The notes under the pieces: model-generated
What the model saw: the letters and a program-made list of their open reading frames with translations, nothing else
The model's database searches: none
Told to the model about the DNA's origin: nothing
Source of the DNA: Candidatus Eiseniibacteriota bacterium
GTDB lineage: Bacteria; Eisenbacteria; RBG-16-71-46; CAVPCR01
Length of the DNA stretch: 64,000 nt
Reading direction: 5' to 3'
NCBI GenBank assembly: GCA_963702435.1
Contig: CAVPCR010000003.1
Coordinates: 256,001 to 320,000, forward strand
In this document: in pieces, positions 9,611-20,289 of the stretch
Layout of the letters: each line of letters opens with the position of its first letter
How positions within the stretch are numbered: the first letter of the stretch is position 1
Program-made: the position numbers and the translations under genes

Positions 9611-10717
9611 TCATCCCCCTGTGCCGCGCCCGGCGGCGCGCGGCGAGCCGGCGCGAGTGCGTCCGAGCTCGGCCTCTGCCGACGCGAGGACCGCTTCGGG
9701 TGCGATCCGGGTGAGGCAGACGAAGTCGATCGGGCAGCGGCGCTTGTAGCACGGCGCACACGGCGGGCGCTCGCCGGCGACGACCACGCTCCCGCCCCGC
9801 GGCGCCGTCCAGCGCGGCTCGGTCGAGCCGAAGATGCCGACCGTCGGCGCGCCCACGGCGCGCGCGAGGTGCATGGGCCCCGAGTCGTTGCTCACCACGA
9901 CCGCCGCGCGGGCGAGCACCGCGGCGAGGGTCGGGATATCGGTTTGCCCCGCGAGATCGAGCGCTCCGGCGGCCGGGAGGCGATCGCCGAGGGCGGCGCG
10001 GACGGCCGCCGTCGCCGGCCGGTCACCGGCTGCGCCGACGAGCACGACCCCGAGCCCGTGGCGAGCGGCGAGCGCCTCCCCCACGGCGGCGAACCCGGCC
10101 GCAAGCCAGCGCTTGGTCGGGCCGAAGATGGCCCCCGGGACGAGGATCGCGTACGGCCCGTAGCCGGTGAGTTCGGCCGCGCGCACCGCCGCCGCGGTGC
10201 CGACCGCGACCGCGGGCTCGGCAGCGGGCACGCTCCACTCGAGGAGGGCGAGGACCGCGCGGTATTCATCGAGGAGATGAACGCTCCCGCGCGGCCCGCG
10301 GCGGGCGGTCCGCGTGAAGCAGAGGCGCCGCCCGGGCCCCGCGAAGCCCGCCCGGATCGGCGCGGCGACGAGGCGCGCGAAGACGGCGGCCGAGGGGGTG
10401 GACGGGAGGACGACATGCGCCGTGTAGCGCTCGGCGCGGAGCGCCGCGGTCAGGGCCAGGAAGGCGCGCGGCCGGCCGTGCGCGCCGTGCCGCTCGTAGC
10501 GGATCGCTCGCCGCACGATCGGGTGCGCTCCGGCCACGGCGAGAGCCGCCGGATTGCCGCACACATCCACCGTCACCGCGCGCCCGAGACGCGCGAGCCC
10601 CGCGAGGAGGCCGGTGGCGAGAACGGCATCCCCGAGCCAGTTGGGGAGCGAGACGAGGAGCCGTTCCTCGCGCGCCGGTGGCGCTCCGCCTCGCTGCTCG
10701 CCGGCGGCGCCCATCAC
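9611..10717 (-). CDS. waaF: LPS heptosyltransferase II (GT9)
   Basis: PNWLGDAV, PGAIFGPTKRW, DLAGQT, SNDSGPMHLA, IFGST, CAPC..RRCP. Confidence 0.9.
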   Translation of the reverse strand: MMGAAGEQRGGAPPAREERLLVSLPNWLGDAVLATGLLAGLARLGRAVTVDVCGNPAALAVAGAHPIVRRAIRYERHGAHGRPRAFLALTAALRAERYTAHVVLPSTPSAAVFARLVAAPIRAGFAGPGRRLCFTRTARRGPRGSVHLLDEYRAVLALLEWSVPAAEPAVAVGTAAAVRAAELTGYGPYAILVPGAIFGPTKRWLAAGFAAVGEALAARHGLGVVLVGAAGDRPATAAVRAALGDRLPAAGALDLAGQTDIPTLAAVLARAAVVVSNDSGPMHLARAVGAPTVGIFGSTEPRWTAPRGGSVVVAGERPPCAPCYKRRCPIDFVCLTRIAPEAVLASAEAELGRTRAGSPRAAGRGTGG

Positions 10718-10723
10718 CGGGTC

Positions 10724-13231
10724 CTAGCGCGGGAGACCCGAGTCGTCGCCGTCGGTGAGCGCGGCGAGGAGCCCCGTCGCGCGCGCATCGTTCGGATGGG
10801 TCTCGATCCACGCGGCGAGGAGCTGCCGCGCGGCCGCCGGCTGTCCGCGGCTCCACTCGACGCGCGCGAGCCAGAGCGTCGGCTCGAAGTACTGCCCGCC
10901 GGCGACCGCGATCGCCTTCTCGAGCGGCTCGATCGCATCGTCGAACCGCCCCTGGCGATAGCGCGCCACACCGAGCCGGTAGAGCGCATCGAGATTCTGC
11001 GGATCGGTGGCCAGCGCGAGGTCGAACAGCGACTCGGCCGCGGCGGACTGCCCGATATCCGCGAGCAGTGCGCCGCGCATGACCTGGATGTCGGGCCGCC
11101 CCGGCGCGACCGCCTCGCACCGGGTGAAGAGCCGGAGCGCCTCTTCGTAGTTGCCGCGGGTCTCGAGCTCGTAGCCGAGCTCGGCGAAGTGCACGACGTA
11201 GTTGTGGATGAGGTATTCGCCGGTCTCGTCGACCCGGACCCGGTCGTCGCGCGTGTCGTCGGGCTTGAGCACGCCGCGGTAGAGGTAGTTCTGGAACGCA
11301 TTGGCGTACGCCTTGTCGAAGTCGAGCGGTCGCGGCGGCGGCGCGGCGTTCACGCGGAACACCATGCCCTCGAAGCTCAGCTGGCGATCGAAGCCGATGC
11401 GGTCGGGCACGGTGACCGCGAAGTAGGTCGGCCGCTGGTAGCGGTTCTCGGCGATGATGTGGCGCACTGCGGCGTCCTTCACGGTGCCGGGCTCGTAGCT
11501 CTGGTCGGCGTGGAGCACGACATACCCGAGCTCGGGATGGATGGCCACGCGCAGGCTGTCGATCTCCTCGTCCCGCCAGCTGATCGGCAGCTTCGGCGGC
11601 AGGTCCCGGAGCTGCTTGATGTACCAGCCGGTGTTGAGGAGGCTCAGGCACACGACCCGCACATCCTTGCGGATCCCCTCCACCTCCTGCAGGTACCACA
11701 GCGGGAAGGTGTCGTTGTCGCCGTTCGTGAACAGGATGGCGTCGGGCTCGAGGAAGTTGAGGATGTTGTAGCCGTAGTCGCGGGCCACGAAGTTGCCGCG
11801 GCGATCGTGGGCGGCGAAGCCCGCCCGGAGCGGCAGCAGACCGAGGAGGAGCCCGATCGCGACGGCGACCGGCAGGATCTTCCGGCTCCGCGCGCCGCGT
11901 GCGAGCTCGACCAGGAGCGCGGCGATGCCGATCCCGATCCACATGGCGAAGATCTGGAAGGACGGCGCGAAGAAGTAGTCGCGCTCGCGCACCTCCCCGA
12001 TCTCCCAGCGCCCGGTCGCCTGGTTGAAGGTGCCGCTCAGGTTCAGGTAGATGACGAGGATGAGACTCATGACGAGGAAGTGGGTGAGCATCATCGCCCC
12101 GTCGCGCGGCCGGCGCATGACATGGGCGATGGCGCCGAGGATCCCGAGCGCGAGCGGGACCACGACACCGAGGAGACCGAGGGCCGGGCCGAGCGCGAAC
12201 TGCTGGCGGAGGTAGTAGAGATAGAGTCGGTCGACCTGGAAGGAGAACGGCGCGCGGCGCTCGAAGATGTCGGTCGGCGGGTACTGCTTGCGCGTGAGGA
12301 CGTCCCACAGCGCCTGCCAGTTCTTGGGCGCCGCCTCGTTGATGGCCGGATCGTGCTGCGCGCGGATGAGGAGGAAGAGGTGCACGCTCACGCCGAGCAC
12401 GAAGAGGAGGAGGAGGGCGATGATGAAGCCGCGACGCCGGGTGACCAGGAGGGCGAGGACGAGGACGAGGACGGCCAGCGCGAGGGCGGCGCCGCCGCCA
12501 CCGGTCGCCTTGTAGAAGACGAACAGGGTGACCGGCACCCCGATCGTCCACAGGAGGAGGTCGCGCGTGGTGACGATCGCATGCCGCCGCTCGAGCGCGA
12601 GGAGCACGACCAGGCCGGGGAGGACGAGATAGGTCCCGAGGTGGATGCCGATCGAGAGGCTGAGGAGGTAGAACACGAGCAGCAGCGACTTGCCGTCTCC
12701 GGCCGGCTCGTCCCGTTCGGCGGCGTCGCGCCAGACCAGGGTGGCCCACAGCCCGATCGCCATCACCATGTTCGAGAGCGAGTAGACCTCGGCCTCGATC
12801 GAGTTGACCCAGCAGGTGTTGGCGAAGGCGGTGAACAGCCCGGCCGCCACGCTGCCGACGAAGGTGGCGAGATCGCTCCCCCGCTCCCCGCGCCACATGA
12901 GCCGCATGAGGCGGGCCGTGGCGAGCATCGTGAAGAACACGGCCACGGCGCCGGCCACGGCCGAGAGCCCGTTCACGCGCTCGGCCACCGTGCCGAACGG
13001 CAGGAGCGTGGCCACGCGGCCGAGGAGCACGTAGAGCGGGGTGCCCGGCGGATGCGGGATGCCGAGGATCCAGCTCGTCGCGATGAACTCGCCGGCGTCC
13101 CAGAACGGCGTCGTCTCCCCCATCCCGATCATGAACACGGCGAGGGCGAAGACGCTGACCACGATCGCCGCGCCCACGATCAGGCGCGAAGCGACGCTGC
13201 GCCCGGCGCCATCGAGACTCGACACTGTCAT
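10724..13231 (-). CDS. DUF2723/TMEM260-like GT-C membrane protein with C-terminal TPRs
   Basis: FWDAGEFIA..LGIPHPPGTPLY, EAEVY, EVRERDYFF, ILFTNGDNDTFPLWYLQEVEG, C-terminal TPRs. Confidence 0.9.
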   Translation of the reverse strand: MTVSSLDGAGRSVASRLIVGAAIVVSVFALAVFMIGMGETTPFWDAGEFIATSWILGIPHPPGTPLYVLLGRVATLLPFGTVAERVNGLSAVAGAVAVFFTMLATARLMRLMWRGERGSDLATFVGSVAAGLFTAFANTCWVNSIEAEVYSLSNMVMAIGLWATLVWRDAAERDEPAGDGKSLLLVFYLLSLSIGIHLGTYLVLPGLVVLLALERRHAIVTTRDLLLWTIGVPVTLFVFYKATGGGGAALALAVLVLVLALLVTRRRGFIIALLLLFVLGVSVHLFLLIRAQHDPAINEAAPKNWQALWDVLTRKQYPPTDIFERRAPFSFQVDRLYLYYLRQQFALGPALGLLGVVVPLALGILGAIAHVMRRPRDGAMMLTHFLVMSLILVIYLNLSGTFNQATGRWEIGEVRERDYFFAPSFQIFAMWIGIGIAALLVELARGARSRKILPVAVAIGLLLGLLPLRAGFAAHDRRGNFVARDYGYNILNFLEPDAILFTNGDNDTFPLWYLQEVEGIRKDVRVVCLSLLNTGWYIKQLRDLPPKLPISWRDEEIDSLRVAIHPELGYVVLHADQSYEPGTVKDAAVRHIIAENRYQRPTYFAVTVPDRIGFDRQLSFEGMVFRVNAAPPPRPLDFDKAYANAFQNYLYRGVLKPDDTRDDRVRVDETGEYLIHNYVVHFAELGYELETRGNYEEALRLFTRCEAVAPGRPDIQVMRGALLADIGQSAAAESLFDLALATDPQNLDALYRLGVARYRQGRFDDAIEPLEKAIAVAGGQYFEPTLWLARVEWSRGQPAAARQLLAAWIETHPNDARATGLLAALTDGDDSGLPR

Positions 13232-14268
13232 CGCTTGGGCTCCTCGCCCCGGCCGGGCAGCCGGTCCGGACTCCTCGCCGCGGTTTCGCGGCGCGCTCCC
13301 GTCCCGAGCAAGACCGCCGCCCCCGGGGCGCTCACCAGAACCGCCAGGAAGTACGCCAGGAGTTGCATGGCCGAGGCCTCGGCGGCCGCCACCCCGAGCA
13401 GGCCGAAGAGAACCGCCCCCATGCTCTCGCGGACGCCGATACCGCCGATCGAGATCGGCACCGCCACCGCCACCGCCAGCAAAGGCACGAACAGGAAGAA
13501 ATACCGGAGCCCGAGGTCCAAGTCCAGCGCCCGCGCCACCTGGGCGTGGGCCAGGATGCGCGCCACCTGGACCCCGAGCGCGAGGGCGAGGAGGAGCCGG
13601 CGGCCGCGGGCGGCACGGACCCGGGCGAGCGCCTCCTCCAGGCGGCCGAGCCGGCCGCGAAAGCGCGATGGGAGGAGCCGGCCGATGCCGGCCAGCACGC
13701 GCCCGCTCGCCGGGCTCAGGACGATCGCCAGGCCGCCCAGGCTGGCCGCAGCGCTAGCCGCCGCGAGACCGAGGGCGACGCGCCCGGTCGGGCTCCCCGC
13801 GAGGTCGCGGCTCCAGAGGACGGCCGCGAGCCCGATGGCTCCGAGCATGCCGAGCCCGAGGAGCCGATCGACGATCGTCGCTCCGGCCGCGGCGCCCCGC
13901 CGCCCGCCCTCGCGTCCGGCCCCCACGATCCGCGCGAGATCCCCGCCGGCACCGGTCGGGAGCACGAGGTTCCCGAACGCTCCCGCGAAGTAATAGGTGA
14001 CGACCCGCCCCCAGGAGAGATCGAGACCCGCCGCGTGGAGCAGCCGCCCCCACTGCCAGCTCCCGAGGAGATGGGAGACGACGAGGAGCAGGGCGGCGCC
14101 GGCGAGGTGCGGGGGTGAGGCGGTCGCCATCACGGCGAGGAGCGATCCGACCCCGATCCGGCCGAGGAGCCAGACGAGGAGCCCGGCCGAGACCGCGAGC
14201 TTGACGCCGATAGCGAGCGCCCCCCGCAGCTTTCCACGCTCGAGACCATTTTCTCGCGCGAGGCTCAC
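13228..14268 (-). CDS. Lysylphosphatidylglycerol synthase TM / flippase-like (UPF0104) protein
   Basis: KLAVSAGLLVWL, W..LL, NLVLPTGAGGD, DRLLG, VPISIGGIGVRE. Confidence 0.85.
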   Translation of the reverse strand: MSLARENGLERGKLRGALAIGVKLAVSAGLLVWLLGRIGVGSLLAVMATASPPHLAGAALLLVVSHLLGSWQWGRLLHAAGLDLSWGRVVTYYFAGAFGNLVLPTGAGGDLARIVGAGREGGRRGAAAGATIVDRLLGLGMLGAIGLAAVLWSRDLAGSPTGRVALGLAAASAAASLGGLAIVLSPASGRVLAGIGRLLPSRFRGRLGRLEEALARVRAARGRRLLLALALGVQVARILAHAQVARALDLDLGLRYFFLFVPLLAVAVAVPISIGGIGVRESMGAVLFGLLGVAAAEASAMQLLAYFLAVLVSAPGAAVLLGTGARRETAARSPDRLPGRGEEPKR

Positions 14269-15392
14269 CGCGGGCGGCCCCCGCTCGCCGCCGCGCGCGC
14301 CACCACGTCCTCGGCGAGCACCAGGGCCTCCTCCGCGGCGCGCTCCCAGGTGAATCCGAGCGCGAAGCGCCGCCCTCCGGCGCCCAGCCGGTCGCGGAGC
14401 GCGGGATCACCGAGGATCCGGCCGAGAGCGTCCGCGAGCGCCGCCCGATCCCCGTAGGGCACGAGGAGCCCGGTCTCCCCGTCGCGCACCGATTCGATGA
14501 GCCCCGGCACCCGTGTCGCCACGGTCGGTGTGCCGCAGGCGTTCCCCTCGACCATGGTCAGGCCCCATCCCTCCTTGATCGAGGCGCTCGCCACCACCCA
14601 GGCGCAGCGGAGGAGATCCACGACCTCCGCCTGCGATCGCCGCCCGAGGAAGCGTACGCCTTCCACTCCGCGGGCGCGGGCGCGCAGCGCGGGCTCGTAG
14701 GGCCCGCTGCCGACGATCCACAGCTCGGCGCCGGGCACCCGGGCGCGCACCGCGGGCAGCGCCGCGACCAGGGACTGGATGCCCTTGTACTGCCGGATCC
14801 GCCCGAGGTGGAGGATCGACGGGACGGCGCTTCTCGCCACGGACGGATCGGGCGCGTAGGTCGCGTGATCGACGCCCACCGGCACGACGCGGACGCGCGC
14901 CGCGGAGATGCCGCGCGCGATCAGGTCGGCCCGCGTTGACTCGGAGATGACGAGGAAGTCGGTGTCGCGATAGACGCGCGGGATCAGGAGCTCGTTCAGG
15001 TAGACGTAGGCAGCGAGCGGGAACGCGGTCTCGGCGAACACCGCTCGCCCGAAGAGGTGCGGCACGACGGCGAGGACCGGCGCCCGGACGAAGGCCGGCG
15101 TGAAGAAGGGCACCTTGTTGATGTCCTCGATGACGAGGTCGAACCGGCGCCCGGCGAGCTCGCGCCGGTAGGCGCGGCGGAGCGCCCAGTTGGCGTCGAA
15201 CCAGCGCCCGCGGCGCATGACCTCGACCCCGTCGATGCGTGCGGCGGGGGCGCCGCCCGGGAAGCCGCTCGCGAGCTGCGTCACCTCGTGCCCGCGCGCG
15301 ACGAAGCGGCGGAGGATCTCGTGCAGGTGCACCTCGGCCCCGCCCGCCTCCGGGTGCTCCGGATCGCGCCAGTTGAAGGCGAGGATCTTCAC
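14265..15392 (-). CDS. Glycosyltransferase family 4
   Basis: WRDPEHPEAGGAE, GRIRQYKG, KEGWGLTMVEGNACGTP. Confidence 0.9.
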   Translation of the reverse strand: MKILAFNWRDPEHPEAGGAEVHLHEILRRFVARGHEVTQLASGFPGGAPAARIDGVEVMRRGRWFDANWALRRAYRRELAGRRFDLVIEDINKVPFFTPAFVRAPVLAVVPHLFGRAVFAETAFPLAAYVYLNELLIPRVYRDTDFLVISESTRADLIARGISAARVRVVPVGVDHATYAPDPSVARSAVPSILHLGRIRQYKGIQSLVAALPAVRARVPGAELWIVGSGPYEPALRARARGVEGVRFLGRRSQAEVVDLLRCAWVVASASIKEGWGLTMVEGNACGTPTVATRVPGLIESVRDGETGLLVPYGDRAALADALGRILGDPALRDRLGAGGRRFALGFTWERAAEEALVLAEDVVARAAASGGRPR

Positions 15393-15447
15393 GAGCGCCT
15401 CGGCGCAGCGCCCGCGTCGCGTGCTTCGCTCACCGGTTCTCTCCCCC

Positions 15448-16221
15448 TCACCGCTTCTCCCCCACCGCCCCGATCACGAGGAAGGTGTAGAAGGCGAGCC
15501 GCCGGCGCCGAAACCAGCGCCGGAAGGCCGCCGCGGCCGCGGCGATCCCGGGCACGCCCGGCGGATGGAGCGGCAGGACGACGCCGATCTTCCGGAGCGC
15601 GTAGCGTGCGGAGCGATACCCGAGCCCGGGCACCATCCAGTCGCCGTAGCGATGGCGGACGGCGAAGCCGTGGCCCTCGACCAGGCGCTCGAGCTCGCCG
15701 ATCGAGTACTCGGTCTCCCAGCCCGCGAACCAGCGGTTCATGGCGATGAGGATGTGCTTCATCACCGTGTAGAGATGCCAGCGCTGGGGCACATCGATGA
15801 GGAGATGGCCGCCGGTGGCGAGCACGCGCCGGTTCTCGGCGAGCAGCGGTCCCGGATCGCGGAAGTGCTCCATCAATCCCTGGTGGAACACCACCGCGAA
15901 CGCGCCGTCGCGGAACGGCATCCGCGTGCAGTCGGCGCACACGAGATCGATCGCGACGCCGCTTCGCCGCGCCAGGCGCTGGACGATGCGAAGCGCCTCG
16001 AAGGTGTAGTCGAGCGTCACCGGATGCGCGCCGCGGCCGGCGAGATCGAGCGAGTCGCGGCCCGACCCGGCGCCGACCTCGAGCACCCGCGCCCCGCCGA
16101 GGCCGCGCACGCGCTCGAGCTCGGCCGTGATCCGGCCCTCGTTCGAGTAGACCTGATCGATGTCGGGGTTGTCGGCCCAGTAGGTGGCCCAGTGCGCCTT
16201 GGTGGACTCGCGCTTCGGCAT
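15448..16221 (-). CDS. Class I SAM-dependent methyltransferase
   Basis: VLEVGAGSG, ADCTRMPFRDGAF, GLMEHF. Confidence 0.85.
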   Translation of the reverse strand: MPKRESTKAHWATYWADNPDIDQVYSNEGRITAELERVRGLGGARVLEVGAGSGRDSLDLAGRGAHPVTLDYTFEALRIVQRLARRSGVAIDLVCADCTRMPFRDGAFAVVFHQGLMEHFRDPGPLLAENRRVLATGGHLLIDVPQRWHLYTVMKHILIAMNRWFAGWETEYSIGELERLVEGHGFAVRHRYGDWMVPGLGYRSARYALRKIGVVLPLHPPGVPGIAAAAAAFRRWFRRRRLAFYTFLVIGAVGEKR

Positions 16222-16242
16222 GATCGCGGCGGGAGGTCCCGG

Positions 16243-16971
16243 CTAGACGCCCCACACCAGGCGCTCGGCCGCGCTCTTCGGCAGGGCCGCCTCGGCGAGG
16301 ATGCGGCCGCGCACCCGCTCGACGTCATAGAAGACGCGGCGGATCTCGGTACGGCCGGTCGTGTCGTCGTAGAAGGCGAACGCCGCGCGCGCATCCCCGT
16401 CGCGCGGCTGGCCCACCGAGCCGACATTGATGAGCGCGCGTTCACCCGGGCCGATCACGAGGCTCGGCGGGGACTGCTGCGCGTGGCCCTGGGCGCGTTC
16501 GACGAAGAAGCCGGGGAAGTGCGAATGGCCGACGAAGCAGACCCGCTCCGTGAAGGCCCTGAACTCGTGCATGGCCTCGCGCAGGTTGAAGATATAGAGC
16601 CACTCGGCAGGGGCCGAGGGGCTCGAGTGGGCGAGGAGCATGTCGGGGAGTCCGGCGGTGAAAGGCAGCCCGCGCAGGTACGCCTCGTTCTCGGCGGTGA
16701 GCGCGGCGCGGGTCCACTCGACCGCGGCGCGGGCGTCGGGGTTGAAGTACTCGGTGTCGGTGGTGCCGACCGCCGCGCAGTCGTGATTGCCGGCCACCAC
16801 CTGCGCGGCCCGCGCCCGCACGAAATCGATGCACTCGTTGGGGGTCGCGCCGTAGCCCACGATGTCGCCCAGGCACACGACCAGGTCGGGCTTCTCCGCG
16901 TCGATCACCTTGAAGCAGGCCTCGAGCGCCTCGATGTTGGAATGGATGTCGGAGATGATCGCGTACTTCAT
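16243..16971 (-). CDS. Metallophosphoesterase (calcineurin-like)
   Basis: ISDIHSN, LGDIVGYG, GNHD, GHSH, NVGSVGQPRD. Confidence 0.9.
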   Translation of the reverse strand: MKYAIISDIHSNIEALEACFKVIDAEKPDLVVCLGDIVGYGATPNECIDFVRARAAQVVAGNHDCAAVGTTDTEYFNPDARAAVEWTRAALTAENEAYLRGLPFTAGLPDMLLAHSSPSAPAEWLYIFNLREAMHEFRAFTERVCFVGHSHFPGFFVERAQGHAQQSPPSLVIGPGERALINVGSVGQPRDGDARAAFAFYDDTTGRTEIRRVFYDVERVRGRILAEAALPKSAAERLVWGV

Positions 16972-17603
16972 GGTCCGCCCGCCGCATCCGCTCGATCGGC
17001 CGCATCCGCTCGATCGGCCGCATCCGTTCGAGCCGTCGCATCCGCTCCATCGGCCGCGTCCGTTCGAGCCGTCGCCTCCGCGGCTGCGGCCCCATCTGTT
17101 GCAGCCGTCGCGCCCGTCGCGCTCCCGAGACCCGCAGCGGTCGCGCCGCCGGCCTCCGCGGCGGCGGCCGGCTCCTCCGCTCCCGGATCCTGTGCCCGCT
17201 CGATCGCCCGCCGCCGCACCGCGTCGACGACCGCATTCACGAAGTGCCCGGACTCCTCGCCCCCGTAGCGCTTGGCGACCTCGACGGCCTCGTTGATGGT
17301 CACCGGCTCCGGCACCCCCGGCATGAACAGGAGCTCGACCACCGCGAGCCGGAGCACGGCGCGATCGGTGGCGGTCATGCGCTCGAGATCCCAGCGCGGG
17401 CTCGACTCGCGGATTGCGCGATCCACGGCCGCATGATGGCGATCGAAGGACTGTACAATATGGGCGGCGAACTCGACCACGGCGGGCGGCCGCGCTGCGC
17501 CGCCGACGATGTCGTCGAGACGCGCCGCCGCCGGCTCGCCGAGCAGATCGCTCTGATAGAGGGCGAGGAATGCCAGCTCGCGCGCCCGCCGCCGTGCTCC
17601 CAC
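16968..17603 (-). CDS. nusB: Transcription antitermination factor NusB with repetitive C-terminal tail
   Basis: RRRARELAFLALYQ, WDLERMTATDRAVLRLA, INEAVEVAKRYG..SGHFVNAVVD; follows ribH. Confidence 0.92.
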   Translation of the reverse strand: MGARRRARELAFLALYQSDLLGEPAAARLDDIVGGAARPPAVVEFAAHIVQSFDRHHAAVDRAIRESSPRWDLERMTATDRAVLRLAVVELLFMPGVPEPVTINEAVEVAKRYGGEESGHFVNAVVDAVRRRAIERAQDPGAEEPAAAAEAGGATAAGLGSATGATAATDGAAAAEATARTDAADGADATARTDAADRADAADRADAAGGP

Positions 17604-17607
17604 GCGG

Positions 17608-18126
17608 TCACGCCCCGCGGCGTCCGCGCCGCGCGCGCGCGCTGCCGCGCGGCGCCGTGTCCCCGGCGACGAGGCTCGCCATCTCGAGCGCGGAGAGCGC
17701 GGCATCGAAGCCGCGATTCCCGGCCTTGGCCCCCGCGCGCTCGACCGCCTGCTCGAGGGTGTCGGCGGTGATGACGCCGAAGATGACCGGCACGCCGCTC
17801 GCGATCGCCGCATCGGCGACCCCGCGCGACACCGCGGACGCCACCTGCTCGTAGTGCGACGTGCCGCCGCGGATCACGGCGCCGAGGGCGATCACCGCGG
17901 CGAAGCGGCCGCTCGCCGCCAGGCGCGCGGACAGGAACGGGATCTCGAACGCGCCCGGCACCCAGTAGACATCGATCGCGTCGGCCGCGACTCCGTGCCG
18001 CTCGAGACAGTCGATCGCCGCCGACTTCAGGCGATCGGTGATGACCTCGTTGGTTCGACTGACGACGAGGGCGAAGCTCCGGCCGCTGCCGAGAAGCGCG
18101 CCCCGATGCTCACGAGCCACTCCCAC
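17608..18126 (-). CDS. ribH: 6,7-dimethyl-8-ribityllumazine synthase
   Basis: [40 protein letters not shown]. Confidence 0.95.
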   Translation of the reverse strand: MGVAREHRGALLGSGRSFALVVSRTNEVITDRLKSAAIDCLERHGVAADAIDVYWVPGAFEIPFLSARLAASGRFAAVIALGAVIRGGTSHYEQVASAVSRGVADAAIASGVPVIFGVITADTLEQAVERAGAKAGNRGFDAALSALEMASLVAGDTAPRGSARARRGRRGA

Positions 18127-19564
18127 TCCTCCTTTTCGCCCGCGCCGGCGGCGGTCCGCCGGCGTCGAGCAGGTGCCCCAGCTTGTGCCGCTTGGTCGCC
18201 AGGTAGTCCATGTTGACCGCGTTCGGCGGGATCACGATCGGTACGCGCTCGACGATCGAGAGCCCGTAGGCCTCGAGGCCGACCACCTTCTTCGGATTGT
18301 TGGTGAGGAGGCGGATCCGGCGGACACCGAGGTCGGCGAGGATCTGGGCGCCGATCCCGTAGTCGCGGAGGTCCGCCTTGAACCCGAGCTCCTGGTTGGC
18401 CTCGACCGTGTCGAGGCCTTGATCTTGCAGACTGTAGGCCTTGAGCTTGTTGGCGAGGCCGATGCCCCGGCCTTCCTGCCGCATGTACAGGAAGACGCCG
18501 CGCCCGGCCGCCCGGATCATCTCGAGCGCCCGGTCCATCTGCTCGCCGCAATCGCAGCGCATCGAACCGAACACGTCTCCGGTCAGGCACTGCGAGTGCA
18601 CGCGCACGAGCACCGCCTCCGTCGCCGAGACGGTGCCGAGGACGAGCGCCACGTGATGGTCGCCGTCGAGGAGGCTCTGGTAGAGGTAGAGCTCGAACTC
18701 GCCGTGCCGCGTCGGGAGGATGGTCTCGACCATGCGCTCGACGAGCACCTCGGTGCGGCGCCGGTGGGCGATCAGATCGCGGATCGTGATGATCTTGAGG
18801 CCGAACTCGGCGGCCAGGCGCTTGAGCCGCGGCGCCCGCGCCATGCGGCCGTCGTCGTCCATGATCTCGCAGAGCACGCCGGTCGGATGGAGTCCGGCCA
18901 GGCGCGCGAGATCCACCGCCGCCTCGGTGTGCCCGGCCCGGCGCAGCACGCCGCCGCGCTCGGCGCGGAGCGGGAACACGTGTCCGGGGCGCGCGAACTC
19001 CTCGCCGCGCACGGCGGGATCCGCCAGCGCGCGCACCGTGCGCGCGCGGTCGTCCGCCGAGATCCCGGTCGTCATCCCGGGGAGGTAGTCAACCGAGACC
19101 GAGAACGCGGTCTGCATCGGCGCCGTGTTGTCGGCCACCATCGGCCGGAGCTCGAGCTCGTCGAGCCGCTCTCCGATCGCGGGCGCGCAGATGAGCCCGC
19201 GGCCGTGCGTGGCGAGGAAGTTGATCGCCTCCGGCGTCGCCTTCTCGGCGGCGAGGATGAAATCCCCCTCGTTCTCGCGGTCCTCGTCGTCGACGACGAT
19301 CACCATTCGCCCGCGGCGGATCTCCGCGATGGCCTCATCGATCGGATCGAAGCCGGGACTCGGCGCCGCGCCGTTCATCACCCGCGGCGCGGCGGACCGA
19401 GCGGACGAGGATGGCGCAGACGAGGATGCCCGAGAGGAGGTAGACGGCGCGGCCGTGCGAGGCGCGCTGCGGCGCCCCGGAGCGGCCGGCGCCGATCGCA
19501 GCTTCGCCTTCGGGCGCGCGCTCCGGGCCGGCGCCTTCGCCGCTCTGCTCTGCTTCGGTCTCAT
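18110..19564 (-). CDS. ribBA: Bifunctional 3,4-DHBP synthase / GTP cyclohydrolase II
   Basis: [51 protein letters not shown]; start uncertain because of a low-complexity N-terminus. Confidence 0.95.
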   Translation of the reverse strand: MRPKQSRAAKAPARSARPKAKLRSAPAAPGRRSAPRTAAPSTSSRASSSAPSSSARSAAPRVMNGAAPSPGFDPIDEAIAEIRRGRMVIVVDDEDRENEGDFILAAEKATPEAINFLATHGRGLICAPAIGERLDELELRPMVADNTAPMQTAFSVSVDYLPGMTTGISADDRARTVRALADPAVRGEEFARPGHVFPLRAERGGVLRRAGHTEAAVDLARLAGLHPTGVLCEIMDDDGRMARAPRLKRLAAEFGLKIITIRDLIAHRRRTEVLVERMVETILPTRHGEFELYLYQSLLDGDHHVALVLGTVSATEAVLVRVHSQCLTGDVFGSMRCDCGEQMDRALEMIRAAGRGVFLYMRQEGRGIGLANKLKAYSLQDQGLDTVEANQELGFKADLRDYGIGAQILADLGVRRIRLLTNNPKKVVGLEAYGLSIVERVPIVIPPNAVNMDYLATKRHKLGHLLDAGGPPPARAKRRSGSGS

Positions 19565-19589
19565 GCCGTGTGTCCCATCGCGTCGATCC

Positions 19590-20267
19590 TCACCCCTCCG
19601 GCGCGCCGCCGGGTCCGCGCAGATAGGTGGCCCAGTCCACCGGCGGCGCGGCCGGGTCGCCGCTCCCCGCCCCGGGGCGGCGGCCGACCAGATGCTCCAC
19701 GTATTTCGCCAGGATGTCGACCTCCACGTTCACGTGGTCGCCGCTTTGGAGGCGACTCAGGGTCGTGATCGCGAGCGAGTGCGGGATCAGGTACACCGAG
19801 AATTCCGCCCCGCGCGCCTCCCCCACGGTGAGGCTCACCCCGGAGAGCGCCACCGACCCCTTCGGCACGACGTAGCGTCCGAGCGCCGGATCGAGGAGCT
19901 CGAAGGCGAGCCGCTCGGAGGCCCCCTCGCGCGCTCGCGCGGCGAGGCGGGCCCGGCCGTCCACGTGCCCCTGCACCCAGTGCCCCTCGAGCCGCCCGCC
20001 GAGGGCGAGCGGTCGCTCGAGATTGACGTGGGCGCCCCGCCGCAGTTCCCCGAGGGTCGTCCGCCGGAGGGTCTCGGCGATCGCCTGGCACGAGGCCCGT
20101 CCGGGGGCCGCGCTGACCACCGTGAGACAGGCGCCGTCGACGGCCAGGGATCCGCCCACCCCAAGCTCCCCCCATGCCTCCGGGACGGCGAGCGTGAGAC
20201 GCACCCCGTCCCCTTCCGGAAGGGCGCCCATCACCTCGCCGATGCCTTCGATGATCCCGGTGAACAC
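19590..20267 (-). CDS. ribE: Riboflavin synthase (alpha chain)
   Basis: [45 protein letters not shown]. Confidence 0.95.
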   Translation of the reverse strand: MFTGIIEGIGEVMGALPEGDGVRLTLAVPEAWGELGVGGSLAVDGACLTVVSAAPGRASCQAIAETLRRTTLGELRRGAHVNLERPLALGGRLEGHWVQGHVDGRARLAARAREGASERLAFELLDPALGRYVVPKGSVALSGVSLTVGEARGAEFSVYLIPHSLAITTLSRLQSGDHVNVEVDILAKYVEHLVGRRPGAGSGDPAAPPVDWATYLRGPGGAPEG

Positions 20268-20289
20268 GTGTTCTCCACTGACCTGTGGC

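Noticed and set aside
9605..13993. Very long plus-strand ORF (1462 aa) and similar antisense ORFs (5854-8778, 43184-45493, 56970-59450, 60624-63257)
   Set aside because: Shadow ORFs opposite well-supported genes, expected in GC-rich DNA; no recognisable motifs.
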